From Malacoraja senta (taxonomy: Eukaryota), in contig CM075992.1 of the NCBI GenBank assembly GCA_038087875.1, positions 9,364,001 through 9,428,000 on the forward strand: a stretch of 64,000 nt of DNA, written 5' to 3'. Shown piece after piece: positions 14,161 to 25,652 of the stretch; positions within the stretch are counted from its first letter, which is position 1, and every line of letters begins with the position of its first letter. The translations under genes were made by a program, and so were the position numbers. The notes below the pieces were generated by a model that was not told where the DNA came from, ran no database searches, and saw nothing but the letters and a program-made list of their open reading frames with translations.

Positions 14161-14394
14161 CTGTAAGGAGATGGCTATCTAAAATAAGAATATGGGTGGA
14201 ACCCAGCATCAAAATGACCAAGAGATTCCTAACTGTTCTCCACACACTCCCCTCCCACGCCACGTGCTCAAAGATCGAAGATTGGGGCTGAAGTGTAACC
14301 AGAATTTGAGGAGAAACCTCTTCCTGCATTTAAACCAGAAATGGTGTTGTACTGTTCTAATTTTGACTATGGACATACAGTAATAGACTGACTT

Positions 14395-14745
14395 GTGTAG
14401 GAAGGAACTACAGATGCTGGTTTAAACCGAAGATAGACACAAAAAGCTGGAGTAACTCTGGAGAGAAGGAATGGGTGACGTTTCGGGTCGAGACCCTTCT
14501 TCAGACTGGTTACGGATAAGGGAAACGAGAGATATAGACGATGTAGAGAGATAAAGAACAATGAATAAAAGATATGCAAAAAAGTAATGATGCTAAAGGA
14601 AAGGCTGTTGGCTGTTTGCTGGGGTGAGAATGAGAAGCTGGTGCGACGGGTGGGGAGGGGTGGAGAGAGATTGCAGGGGTTACTTGAAGTTAGAGAAATC
14701 AATATTCATTACCACTGGGTCGTAAGCTGCCCAAGTGAAATATGA
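14395..14745 (-). mobile_element. Penelope-like 3' end with hammerhead-like motif
   Basis: Reverse complement of CTGAAGAAGGGTCTCGACCCGAAACGTC at 14477-14504. Confidence 0.8.
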
Positions 14746-15242
14746 CATGTTGTTGTGCGGGGACTGGGGTGAGGCTACATTTGAAGTACGATGTTCATTT
14801 TGGTCACCCTGCTATTGGGAGGTTGGTAAGCTGGAAAGAGTGCAGTTAAGATTTGATGTTGAGTGCTTGATCTATAGAGAGGTTGGGCAGGCTAGGACTT
14901 TATTCCATGGAGTGCAGAAGTTACTCCAGCACTTTGTGTCTGCATTACATTGAAGTTCAGATTTGCTGATACCTGTCTTTCTAAAGTGCCTACGTGCAAA
15001 TTCTCATGGGCTGTGCCAGTGTGGCCAACTAGAGGCCCAGTTTGAAAGGGTCACAGGATGCCAGAGGTCTCCTCCACAGGGTTTTGTAGAACATGCCTGG
15101 ACAGTCCACGGGTCAGTGAAAGCTGAAGGACATAACTGATGCATCTTCATGAATGTTCATCATTTGCTTCCCCTTTAAACTGCACTGTTTTTAAATATAT
15201 ACCATGATTCGTGGCCAAACGACTGCTATACAAGGATAGGAA

Positions 15243-15497
15243 CAAAGATACATTCCTCTTTAGTGGGGAACCTGAAGAAAGACTGGTGTAAAGTGCTTGA
15301 ATCGCTTACATTGGCGATTCGAGCACTATAGCTGAACGGCTCGCTATGCTGGTAGATGTGGACGCCATGACAGAAGCCCATTAACAAAATACCCTCGTAT
15401 ATTTGATTTCCAAAATGGCGCGAAAAAATTACCCATGAGCCATGACCGTACTATGGCTTTTCGTCAAGTGGTCTATCTTGCTCCTCTAGTATCTTTG
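15243..15497. mobile_element. Possible MITE with CAAAGATAC...GTATCTTTG termini
   Basis: 9-bp inverted termini, internal caaaatggcg; no convincing TSD. Confidence 0.35.
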
Positions 15498-15721
15498 GAT
15501 GTGCGGGGGACTGGGGTGAGGCTACATTTGAAGTACGAAGTACGATGAGGCACACCACTGCTGTGCAATACCCAATTTAAACACTAGGGGCTTTGGGTAA
15601 TTCTGGTTCCACTCTTCAGGATGGTATATTGGTCTTGGTATTGTGCTTGATGTACAAGTGCAAAAATAGATTAAGGAGGAAGATTATATGCTGTGGGTAA
15701 AGAAACTTATCCATTGAATTT

Positions 15722-15988
15722 TAGTTTCGTTGAGAGAGACAGCGTGGAAACATACCCTTCTGCCCACGTAGTCCACGCCGACCTGCACTCTAGCACTATC
15801 CTACACACTAGAGACAATTAGAATTTTACTGAAGCAAATTAACCTGCAAACGTGTATGTCTTTGGAGTGTGGGAGGAAACCGGAGCATCAGGAGAAACCC
15901 ACCCAGTCACGTGGAGAACGTGCAAGCTCCGTACAGAGAGCAGCCGTAGTCGGGATCGAACCGGGGTCTTTGGGGCTGTAAGGCACCA
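15722..15988 (-). mobile_element. HE1-like V-SINE
   Basis: Reverse-complement V-SINE body and tail. Confidence 0.8.
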
Positions 15989-16020
15989 GATGGGGAGTCT
16001 AGGGTGAGGAAATCTATAAG

Positions 16021-16357
16021 GCAGGAAATATGTTGCCGATGTTGGGGAGTGCAGAACCAGGGGCCACAGTTTAAGAATAAGGGGTAGGCCATTTAGAACA
16101 GAGATGAGGAAACACATTTTCACCAGTGAGTTATTAATCTGTGGAATTCTCTGCCTCAGAAGGCAGTGGAGGCCAATTCTCTGGATGCTTTCAAGAGAGA
16201 GTTTGATTGAGCTCTTAAGATAGCGGAGTCAGGGGATATGGGGAGAAGGCAGGAACGGGGTACTGATGTGGATTGTGGATGTGCAGCCATGATCACAGTG
16301 AATGGCGGTGCTGGCTCGAGGGACCGAATGGCCTGCTCCTGCACTTATTGTCTATTG
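16021..16357 (+). mobile_element. CR1/HER1 LINE 3' end
   Basis: RTRGHSLRIRGRPFRTEMRKH motif and 3' UTR. Confidence 0.85.
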
Positions 16358-17092
16358 AATGGAGAAACTTTCTGCACTTTGGTAGAACTTTGAAACACAG
16401 AATGGGTTAGGAAATGCTGGTTAAGCATATGCTGGAGACATGAGAGGGAGCTGCAGGTCATTGGCATCTACCTGGGCTTAAAGAAGATGCAGAACTGCAG
16501 ATGATGCAATCTTGAACAAATCATAAAATACTAGAGGAACTCAACAGGTCAGGCAGCATCTGTGGAGGAAATGGCTTCTCCCCATGACCTCTGACACCCG
16601 TACTGATCAAGAATCTATCTATCTCTGCCATAAAAATATCCACTACTTGGTCTCCACAGCCTTCTGTGGCAATGAATTCCATTAGGCTGACCACCCTCTG
16701 ACTAAAGAAATTCCTCCTCGTCTTCTTCCTAAAGGAGCGTCCTTTAATTCTGAGGCTATGACCTCTAGTCCTAGACTCTCACTAGTGGAAATATCCTCTC
16801 CACATTCACTCTATCCAAAACTATTTGTCCTCCAGTTTGAATGTGGCCTCACTCTGAAAATGGAGGAGGCCGTGGACAGAAATATCAGTGTGGGAATGGG
16901 ATCCACGGACCCCAGCAGCACTTCCAGGTGAGACAGAGGTACACACGCCCTTCCTCTAATCTCATCTGCATTTTGGTGCTCCAGATGTAGCCTCCGTTAC
17001 AAGCGTAGAGCAGGTGATAGTTTCACCGGATGCTTGCACTCAGTCCACCAAGACCTACTGGATCTTTCAGTTGCTAAAGACTTTATCGCCTA

Positions 17093-18452
17093 TCATGCAT
17101 TGAAGTGGTTTGCATATGACTCAAAGTTTAAGCCAGGGGTGTACGATTCAAAATTCAAAGAATGGGCACAAAAAGGCATAACGGCAATGTATACAGTTTC
17201 AGAAAATGACGAGTTTATGAGCTTCCAAGATTTAAAGTCAAAGTATGCTCGGAAAACAAAGATTTTTTTTAGATACTTGCAATTAAGAGACTACTTTACA
17301 AAAGAGATAAGGCCAGAACTAGATGAAACTTCAAATAATGTGATCAAGGTGTTGTGGATGGATACAAACAGAAGGGATCTCGGGTCATCTCTGCTTTCTA
17401 CCAAGCTCTGGTGGGAAGTGAGGGAGAATCAACGCTCTGCATAAAAACAAAATGGGAAGCAGAATTAAAGATTCAAATAATAGAAGATGGCGGGACTGTC
17501 ATATGAGGAAAGATTGAAAAGACTAGGCTTGTATTCACTGGAGTTTAGAAGGATGAGGGGGAATCTTATAGAAGCATATAAAATTATAAAAGGACTGGAC
17601 AAGGTAGATGCAGGAAAAATGTTCCCAATGTTGGGCGAGTCCAGAACCAGGGGCCACAGTCTTAGAATAAAGGGGAGGTCATTTAAGACTGAGGTGAGAA
17701 AAAACCTTTTCACCCAGAGAGTTGTGAATTTGTGGAATTCCCTGCCACAGAGGGCAGTGGAGGCCAAGTCACTGGATGGATTTAAGAGAGAGTTAGATAT
17801 AGCTCTAGGGGCTAATGGAATCAAGGGATATGGGAGAAGGCAGGCACGGTTATTGATTGGGACGATCAGCCATGAATGGCGGTGCTGGCTCGAAGGCCTA
17901 ATGGCCTCCTCCTGCACCAATTTTCTATGTTTCTATGATAGAAGATACCTATTTGATTAAAGTTTTGCTTGCAGCAAGTAAGAAGGCCATTACCAGGCAG
18001 TGGCTTAATGAAAAAAGCCAAAACAGGAAGAGTGGCTAGAAATTTGTGCGATACATCTTTACTATGGAGAAACGGACATATTTCTTGAAAGTCGAGGAGA
18101 ATTCATTTGAGAAGATCTGGGAAAAATGTACTGTTTATTTGAGCCATGACACCAACTATATAATTGCCGAGCTAGATATGTGAAGACTGTGTTATATAGA
18201 ACTAGATGGTATGTTTGTACGAATATTGAAATATCTCCAGATAACTAATCAATGTGACTTTTTTTAAAATCCGGTAAGTGAACCACACGGTCTTATTCCA
18301 ATTTTTTATTTATTTAATTTGTGTTTTTTGGGGGGTTTCCTATTTATTTATTTTGATTGTTGCTTTTCTTATTTTATTTATGGTGATGATGTTGCACTGT
18401 TTGTATATATCTCTGAAAAATCAATAAAAACGTACGTTTTTAAATAAAAAAT
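17093..18452 (+). mobile_element. L1-clade LINE 3' fragment with internal deletion and nested CR1
   Basis: FKEWAQKGI..FFRYLQLRDY..KWEAEL..LLAASKKAITRQW..MEKRTY..FEKIW; A-rich tail; 16-bp TSD aagactt(t/a)atcgccta at 17077-17092 and 18453-18468. Confidence 0.85.
17489..17937 (+). mobile_element. CR1/HER1 LINE 3' end nested in L1
   Basis: GLSYEERLKRLGLYSLEFRRMRG; TSD atagaagat at 17480-17488 and 17938-17946. Confidence 0.9.
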
Positions 18453-18570
18453 AAGACTTAATCGCCTACTCCCCTTCCTTTTACTATTCCATCATTTTAG
18501 GTAGCACTGCCCCTCCCCCATTCCCCCTCCTGCACCCCACCCAGGTGTGTGCAGCCATTTCTCCTACTAT

Positions 18571-19609
18571 TAGGTATGTTACAAAACTTACCTTCAGTCG
18601 CGCTGTAATTCTGCCACTGGCCGTGTGCGCGATTTTGGCGCCTTTAAGGGGGGCGGGGTTAAAACGCGGGTTTCTCCTCCCTTGTCCTGAATTATATTTC
18701 GTTGGAGTACAAGCATTGGCTGACAAATCGTTCCTAGTGGCGTTTTGTCAATTTTTAATTTTTATTAAATCGTCAATGTCAGCGTTAGAGTAATTTTAAA
18801 AGCAGCTCCTGAAGCGTCAGCGCCGATAACGGGGACGGATTTCACACACGGGACAGGTAAACGAAAGTGGTTTCTTTAAATGTATAAAAGTGCTTCTTAA
18901 GAAGCCTTTAATTCACATTTTTTCATGCGACACGGTGATTTTATTCCCCGAATTAACGGCAGTATTTTTCATGCCAATACGGGGTTAAATTCACCGCAAA
19001 TGAACGTTCCAAAAGATCGCGTTCCAGAAATCCTCACTCACAAGATGTTTTAAATGCCCATTAATTTACAGGTATTAAACATTCAATTCCTTCCATTTGG
19101 CCTGTAAATTCATGAAAATTAGATTTAAAAATTATGTTATATTGTGAATTATTGTGTGAATGTTATTTGGACACTTAGGCTATTTAAAAATGTTAATCTA
19201 TTCTTAAGAAATTGATAGATGTTTAGATCTAGTAATTGAATTTTGTAATTAGCTACAATTAGGTAACTAACTAATTATATGCTTACTTTCATGTCTTCTA
19301 TGTAAGATTGTTTCATATTTGTTTCAGAATGCTTCAATCTATAATAACTGAAAATTTCTTTCAGTTATCTTAATTTTTAAGAAAGTTATGGGCTTTTAAC
19401 TGTCCTCGATCACAGCTTTTGTGTTAAGTCAATGGAAAAGCAATAGGGAACAAGATGCTAATTTCCGAGTATGAAAATGGCCATAACTTCTTTAATACTG
19501 AAGATATGAAAGTGAATTAGGTGTCAAATTAAACTTCTTTTTATGCTTTATCTGATGGGATAAATTGCAGACTTTATTTTTAAAATCTCAAAATTTTGTA
19601 ACATTGCTA
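18571..19609. mobile_element. Non-autonomous DNA transposon (hAT-like TAG termini)
   Basis: Imperfect TIR TAGGTATGTTACAAAA / TTTTGTAACATTGCTA; ctactat duplicated on both flanks; no transposase. Confidence 0.75.
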
Positions 19610-19772
19610 CTACTATCCTTTCCTCTGACTTCACATTTCACTTCTCTCATATGATACCCTTTTATCTTTTTCATCTATAACATTTGTTCACCCATGTGCC
19701 AATCAAAAACCATTTCTCCGGACTTTAGTGGTGTAACAAATTAGGATGGATCTTGGAACATGGAACGGTACA

Positions 19773-20010
19773 TTCAAGACATTCAAGATTCAAGATTTCC
19801 TTTATTGTCATTCAGACCTTTCGGTCTGAACGAAATTGTGATGCCTGCAGTCATACACAGAACCAATAATAACAAAACAGACAATAAACACAAATTAAAC
19901 ATCCACCACAGTGAGTTCACCAAGCACATCCTCACTGTGATGGAGGCAAAGTCTTAGTCTCCGTCTCTTCCCTCCTTGTTCTCCCTCTGCGCTGAGGCGA
20001 TCGATCGATA
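19773..20010 (-). mobile_element. GC-rich retro-element family, 5'-truncated copy 4 (Rex1-like tail)
   Basis: (TCAAGAT)n end, tttattgtca tail, family hairpin at 19902-19944. Confidence 0.6.
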
Positions 20011-20020
20011 CTACATGTTA

Positions 20021-20295
20021 AGGGCAGCGCAGTGGCACAGCGGTAGAGTTGCTGCCTTACAGTGCCCGGGACCTGGGTTCGATCATGATTGTGGGTGCTG
20101 TCTGTACGGAGTTTGTACGTTCTCCTTGTGACCTGCGAGGGTTTCCTACCACATCCCAAAGAAGAGCGGGTTTGTAGGCTAATTGGCTTCTGTAGATTGT
20201 CCGTCGTGTGTAGGTTAGAACTAGTATACAGGTAATCGCAGGTGTGCGGACTAGGTGGCCAGAAGGGCCTGTTACCATGCTATCTCTAAACTAAA
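20021..20295 (+). mobile_element. HE1-like V-SINE
   Basis: gtggcacagcggtagagttgctgccttacag..gggttcgatc head; gaagggcctgtt tail. Confidence 0.85.
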
Positions 20296-21426
20296 GTACA
20301 GCATAAAAACACCCACTCAGTCCACAATGTTTTGCTAAACATGATGCCATGACCATCACGTATCTGCCTGCACGTGATCCTTGTCCCTCATTCCCTGTGT
20401 ATCTATGTGCCTACTCAAATGTCTCTGAAGTGCCTCTATTGTATTTGCCTCCACCACCACCCCTGGCAGCACATTCCAGGCACCCACCACTCTCCGTATA
20501 ATACACTTGCTCATCTCACTTTAAAGCTATGCCCTCTAGTATTTGACAAGGTTATGACTGTCTGCTGTATCTATGCGTCTCATAATTTTATCAAGTCTCC
20601 CCTCAACCCCCGGCCTTCCAGAGAAAACAGTTTTAAGTCCAAGGTAGACACAAACAGCTGGGGTAACTCAGCGGGATAGGCAACATCTCTGGAGAGAAGG
20701 AATGGGTGACAATTTGGGTCAAGACCCTTCTTCAGACCAACTTTCCCTCGAGGTGAAACCCTTCAAGCCAGGCAGCATTCTGGTAAACTATATTTCCATT
20801 TTGGGGAAAAAAGGTTCTGACTCTACCCTTTCTGTGCCTCTCAGTTTATATACCTGACGCTATTATTTCTCCTAACCCATTCGGAATGCTAACCATCTAT
20901 ATGTTTGAGTAGTAACACAAACAAGCAGTTACTGCAAGGAGTAAGGTCTTCAGCAAAGATATACAACGGTGCAGGAGGAGGCCATTCGGCATTTCGAGCC
21001 AGCACCACCATATATTGTGATCATGGCTGATCATCCACAATCAGTACCCCGCTCCTGCCTTCTCCCCATATCCCTGACTCCGCTATTTTAAGAGCTCTAT
21101 TTAACTCTCTCTTGAAAGCATCCAGAGAATAAGCGAGTTCGGTATTCCAACTGTGCATGCCCAGGTCATAGGTCACAAGCGAAAAATACTCTTGGCAGCT
21201 GTTCTGCGGCATGGACACAGACTTGCGCCTCGTCCGCAGCCAGGATCGATCCCGGGTCTCCAGCACCGCAATCGCTGCCGAACTGCCACTGGACCATCCC
21301 CGTCCCATCCCGAGTGCCCTACCAGCCCTGCCTGGACTTACGGAAACGATGGCCCAGGCTTATAGCCAGCGCGGAGAAGCAGTGCTAACTCCACAGCTCC
21401 GGGCTGTTGCGTCAGTCCAGACAGGG

Positions 21427-21626
21427 NNNNNNNNNNNNNNNNNNNNNNNNNNNNNNNNNNNNNNNNNNNNNNNNNNNNNNNNNNNNNNNNNNNNNNNNNN
21501 NNNNNNNNNNNNNNNNNNNNNNNNNNNNNNNNNNNNNNNNNNNNNNNNNNNNNNNNNNNNNNNNNNNNNNNNNNNNNNNNNNNNNNNNNNNNNNNNNNNN
21601 NNNNNNNNNNNNNNNNNNNNNNNNNN
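21427..21626. other. Assembly gap (200 N)
   Basis: Run of 200 N. Confidence 1.
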
Positions 21627-22243
21627 TAACAACATTCAGATAATAATCTGCCTTCCTGTTTTTGCCACCAAAGTGGATAACCTCACACTTATCCACATTA
21701 AACTGCATCTGCCCACTCACATAACCTGTTCAAGTCACCCTGCATTCTCATAGCATCCTCCTCACAGTTCACACTGCCACCCAGCTTTGTGTCATCTGCA
21801 AATTTGCTAATGTTACTTTTAATCCCTTCATCTAAATCATCAATGTATATTGTAAATAGCTGCGGTCCCAGCACCGAGCCTTGCGGTACCCCACTAGTCA
21901 CTGCCTGCCATTCTGAAAGGGACCCGTTAATCCCTACTCTTTGTTTCCTGTCTGCCAACCAATTTTCTATCCATGTCAGTACCCTACCCCCAATACCATG
22001 TGCTCTCATTTTGCCCCCTAATCTCCTATGTGGGACCTTATCAAATGCTTTCTGAAAGTCCAGGTACATTACATCCATTGGTTCTCCCGTGTCTATTTTC
22101 CTAGTTACATCCTAAAAAAATCCAGATTAGTCAAGCATGATTTCCCCTGACTCGGACCGATCCTGTTTCTGCTATCCAAATGAGCCGCTATTTCATCTTT
22201 TATAATTGACTCCAGCATTTTCCCCACCACCGATGACAGGCTA
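21627..22243 (-). mobile_element. CR1/HER1 LINE reverse-transcriptase fragment
   Basis: [33 protein letters not shown] motifs. Confidence 0.92.
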
Positions 22244-22549
22244 CATTGATCAAACTGAACTTTTTTTCTCGTTTATTATATTGTTTACAGTGTACCGAAA
22301 TTCATGTGTAGGAAAGAACTGCGGATGCTGGTATACACCGAAGATAGCCTGTTTCTGTGCTGTGTGACTCCATGTCTCTACCTGTACATGTAAAAGCACT
22401 TTGGGCAAGGAGCAGTACTATCAGGATAGGAAATGATAGTACATTTTACCCAGGGTCACTCTGGGATCGACACAAAAAGCTGGAGTTGCTCAGCGGGACA
22501 GGCAGCATCTCTGGAGAGAAGGAATGGGTGAGGTCTCGGATCTTCAGAC

Positions 22550-23000
22550 TATTATTGTTTTTATGTGTATTTTTGTGTGTGTGTGCAATATATAAATTTG
22601 TATATATATATATATATATAGATGTATAAATATAATTGTTCAATCTGGGACCTATGTGTCTGTGTGTGTAAATACACATGCATTGTTCTATCTGGGATAT
22701 GTATATATATAAATCATTGTTCTATCTGGGACATATGTGTGTGTGTGTGTGTGTATATATTTATTTAATTATATATATGCTATCTGGGACATATGTGTGT
22801 GCATATATAGAGATATGTATTTAATTGTTCTAACTGGGACATATGTAAACATACATATAATTGTTATATCTGGGACATGTCTGTGTGTATATATATATAT
22901 ATTTCATTATTCCATCTGGGAGATATGTGTGGGTGTATATTTATATATTTGTCATTGTTCTGTCTGGGACATATGACAATAAAACACTTAACTCTTGACT
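22550..23000 (+). repeat. Minisatellite of ~8 units (attgttctatctgggacatatg) separated by (TA)n/(TG)n, derived from a Rex1 3' tail
   Basis: Last unit ends cattgttctgtctgggacatatgacaataaa, matching the Rex1 tail at 40508-40538. Confidence 0.8.
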
Positions 23001-23820
23001 AAACAAGTAGCCACCATTGCTGGGCCCATGTCACGTGACTGTACCTGAGCTGGGCGACGTCCACGCGTCATCACGCAGCCGGTCTCCCTGGCGATGACGT
23101 TACACGCTGACGCGGGCCTTGCGTCAACATGGCGGCTGTCTGAGGCTTTGACACCTGTCCGCCCGGTAGAAATTTCCAGCAAGTTGACGGAGAAGCGGCA
23201 CCGCGAGCACGAATCCCCCCCGCCGGAGGGAGGAGGGGGGAAGACAGGCCCACCCGCGCGCGGCCGCCGTCGCCACCATCATGCTGGTCACCGTGAAAAC
23301 GCTGCAGCAGCAAACGTTCAAAATCGAGATCGACGCCGAGCAAACGGTGAGGCGGCGCCGTGGGGGCGGGGTGGGGTCAGGGGGCGGGGCGTTGTAGTGG
23401 GCGGGGTCAAAGAGGGGCGAGGCCACAACGAGGTGGGCGGGACGCACGGCGTTGGGCGGGGCATCAGTGTGATGGACAGGTCCTAACGGAGGGTGGTGAG
23501 GAGGCGCGGCTGAGGAGGGGGCGTTGCCATGGGCCTGGGCTGGGTGTGACGGGGGGGGGGGGTGGGGCGGCGCCGGGCGTGGTCATTGGCAGGGGGTGGG
23601 GCTCAGGGAGGGGCGTTGCGGGGGCGGGGTGAGTCGGAGCCAGTGCTCAGGGGAGGGGGGCGGGGCAAGAGGCGTTGCCGTGGTCTCGGCATCGAGGGGC
23701 GGGGCATTGACGGGGCGTGTCCCGAGTTAGATCACATGACAGGGGGCGGGGCATCCGGGTGACGGACAGCACCTGGCGGTGGGAGCCGCCGTTGGGGGAG
23801 GGGCGGGTCTTGATGTCGGT
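23000..23820 (+). promoter_or_regulatory. CpG island / RAD23A promoter, exon 1 and start of intron 1
   Basis: CpG-dense; palindromic GTCACGTGAC E-box/CLEAR-type motif 23030-23039; CRE-like TGACG half sites (GATGACGTTA 23093-23102); YY1-like CAACATGGCGGC 23125-23136; many GGGCGG boxes in intron 1. Confidence 0.85.
23281..23346 (+). CDS. RAD23A: RAD23 homolog A exon 1 (UBL start)
   Basis: caccatcATG; MLVTVKTLQQQTFKIEIDAEQT|gtgagg; RAD23 UBL N-terminus. Confidence 0.93.
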
Positions 23821-24022
23821 CACGTGTGACTCAGCGGGACAGGTAGCATCAAAGATCTTTGGGCAGCATCTCTGGAGAGAAGGAATGGTCGGCGTTTCGA
23901 GTCGAGACCCTTCTGCAGACTGAGAGTCAGGGGAGAGGGAGACACAGAGATAAGGAAGTGAAAGGTGTGAAAACAAAACATCAGAGGAGATGCAGCTCAA
24001 GGAAAAAGTAGAATAGTACATT

Positions 24023-24701
24023 CTTCAATTCTTGTCAATTCTTCCCTTCCCTCCCATACCACCACCTCCCCTGGTACTTTCCCTTGCAACCGCAAGAGAT
24101 GCAACACTTGTCCCTTCACCTCCCCTCTCTGCTCCATTCAAGGACCCAAGCAGTCGTTCCAGGTGCGACAGAGGTTCACCTGCATCTCCTCCAACCTCAT
24201 CTATTGCATTCGCTGCTCTAGATGCCAGCTGATCTACATCGGTGAGACCAAGCAGAGGCTTGGCGATCGTTTCGCCGAACACCTCCGGTCGGTCCGCAAT
24301 AACCAACCTGAACTCCCGGTGGCTCAGCACTTCAACTCCCCCTCCCATTCCGTATCTGACCTCTCTGTCCTGGGTCTCCTCCATGGCCACAGCGAGCAAC
24401 ACCGTAAATTGGAGGAAATGCACCTCATATTCCGCTTGGGCAGTCTACATCCTGGGGGCTTGAACATTGAATTCTCCCAATTCTGCTAGCCCTTGCTGTC
24501 CCCTCCCCTTCATCAGCCATCTGGTTGTCTCCTCCCCTCCCCCAGCCCTCGGGCTCCTCCTCCGCCTTTTTTCCTTTTTTCCTTTCTTCTCCCCACCCCC
24601 TATCAGTCTGAAGAAGGGTTTCGGCCCAAAACGTTACCTATTTCCTTCGCTCCATAGATGCTGCTGCACCCGCTGAGTTTCTCCAGCATTTTTGTGTACC
24701 T
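24023..24701 (+). mobile_element. Penelope-like element 3' part (GIY-YIG endonuclease plus terminal repeat)
   Basis: NLIYCIRCSRCQLIYIGETKQRLGDRFAEH..VAQHF..GLN; 14-bp TSD tagaatagtacatt at 24009-24022 and 24702-24715; inserted into an antisense Penelope remnant. Confidence 0.9.
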
Positions 24702-24900
24702 TAGAATAGTACATTGTTAGCTAGGAGAAAGAGACAACGAAGCAAACAGATAAAAATTAATCGGGGGGACAGTCAGACTGGTTGGAGAACTGGGAAGGGG
24801 CAGGGATGGAGAGAGAGGGAAAGCAAGGTTACCTGAAGTTAGAGAAGTCAATATCGACACCTGTATGAGAAAGGTCTCGAACCCGAAATGTCACCCATTC

Positions 24901-25652
24901 AATAGGCAATAGACAATAGGTGCAGGAGTAGGCCATTCGGCCCTTCGAGCCAGTGATCATGTCTGATCATCCCCAATCAGTACCCCGTTCCTGCCTTCAC
25001 CCTATATCCCCTGACTCTGCTATTTTTAAGAGCCCTGTCTAGCTCTCTCTTGAAAGCATCCAGAGAACCGGCCTCCACCGCCCTCTGAGGCAGAGAATTC
25101 CACAGAATCACCACTCTCTGTGAGAAAAAGTGTTTCCTCGTCTCCGTTCTAAATGGCTTACTCCTTATTCTTAAACTGTGGGCCCTGGTTCTGGACTCCC
25201 CCAACATCGGGAATATGTTTCCTGCCTCTAGCGTGTTCAAACCCTTAGCAATCTTATATGTTTCAATGAGATACCCTCTCATCCTTCTAAACTCCAGTGT
25301 ACAAGCCCAGCTGCTCCATTCTCTCAGCATATGACAGTCCCGCCATCCCGGGAATTAACCTTGTAAACCTACGCTGCACTCCCTCAATAACAAGAATGTC
25401 CTTCCTCAAATTAGGGGACCAAAACTGCACACAATACTCCAGGTGTGGTCTCACTATGGCTCTGTCCAACTGCAGAAGGACCTCTTTGCTCCTAAAATTC
25501 GATTCCTCTTGTTATAAAGGCCAACATTCCATTCGCTTTCTTCACTACCTGCTGTACCTGCATGCTTACTTTCATAGACTGATGTACAAGGACCCCCAGA
25601 TCCCGTTGTACTCCCCCTTTTCCCAACTTGACGCCATTTAGATAGTAATCCT
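24901..25652 (-). mobile_element. CR1/HER1 LINE 3' fragment
   Basis: VRPHLEYCVQFWSP; LEFRRMRG motifs. Confidence 0.9.

Noticed and set aside
21235..21300. tRNA-like A/B boxes on the - strand, and tRNA-like heads of HE1 copies
   Set aside because: No intact cloverleaf; best explained as SINE heads.
21211..21753. ORFs spanning the N gap
   Set aside because: Artefacts of translating Ns.
22550..23000. Repeat-spacer appearance resembling a CRISPR array
   Set aside because: Eukaryotic context, spacers are microsatellites, units match a LINE tail, no cas genes.
23071..23762. Multiple Gly/Arg-rich ORFs
   Set aside because: Stop-poor GC-rich CpG island; only 23281-23346 matches a protein family with splice signals.
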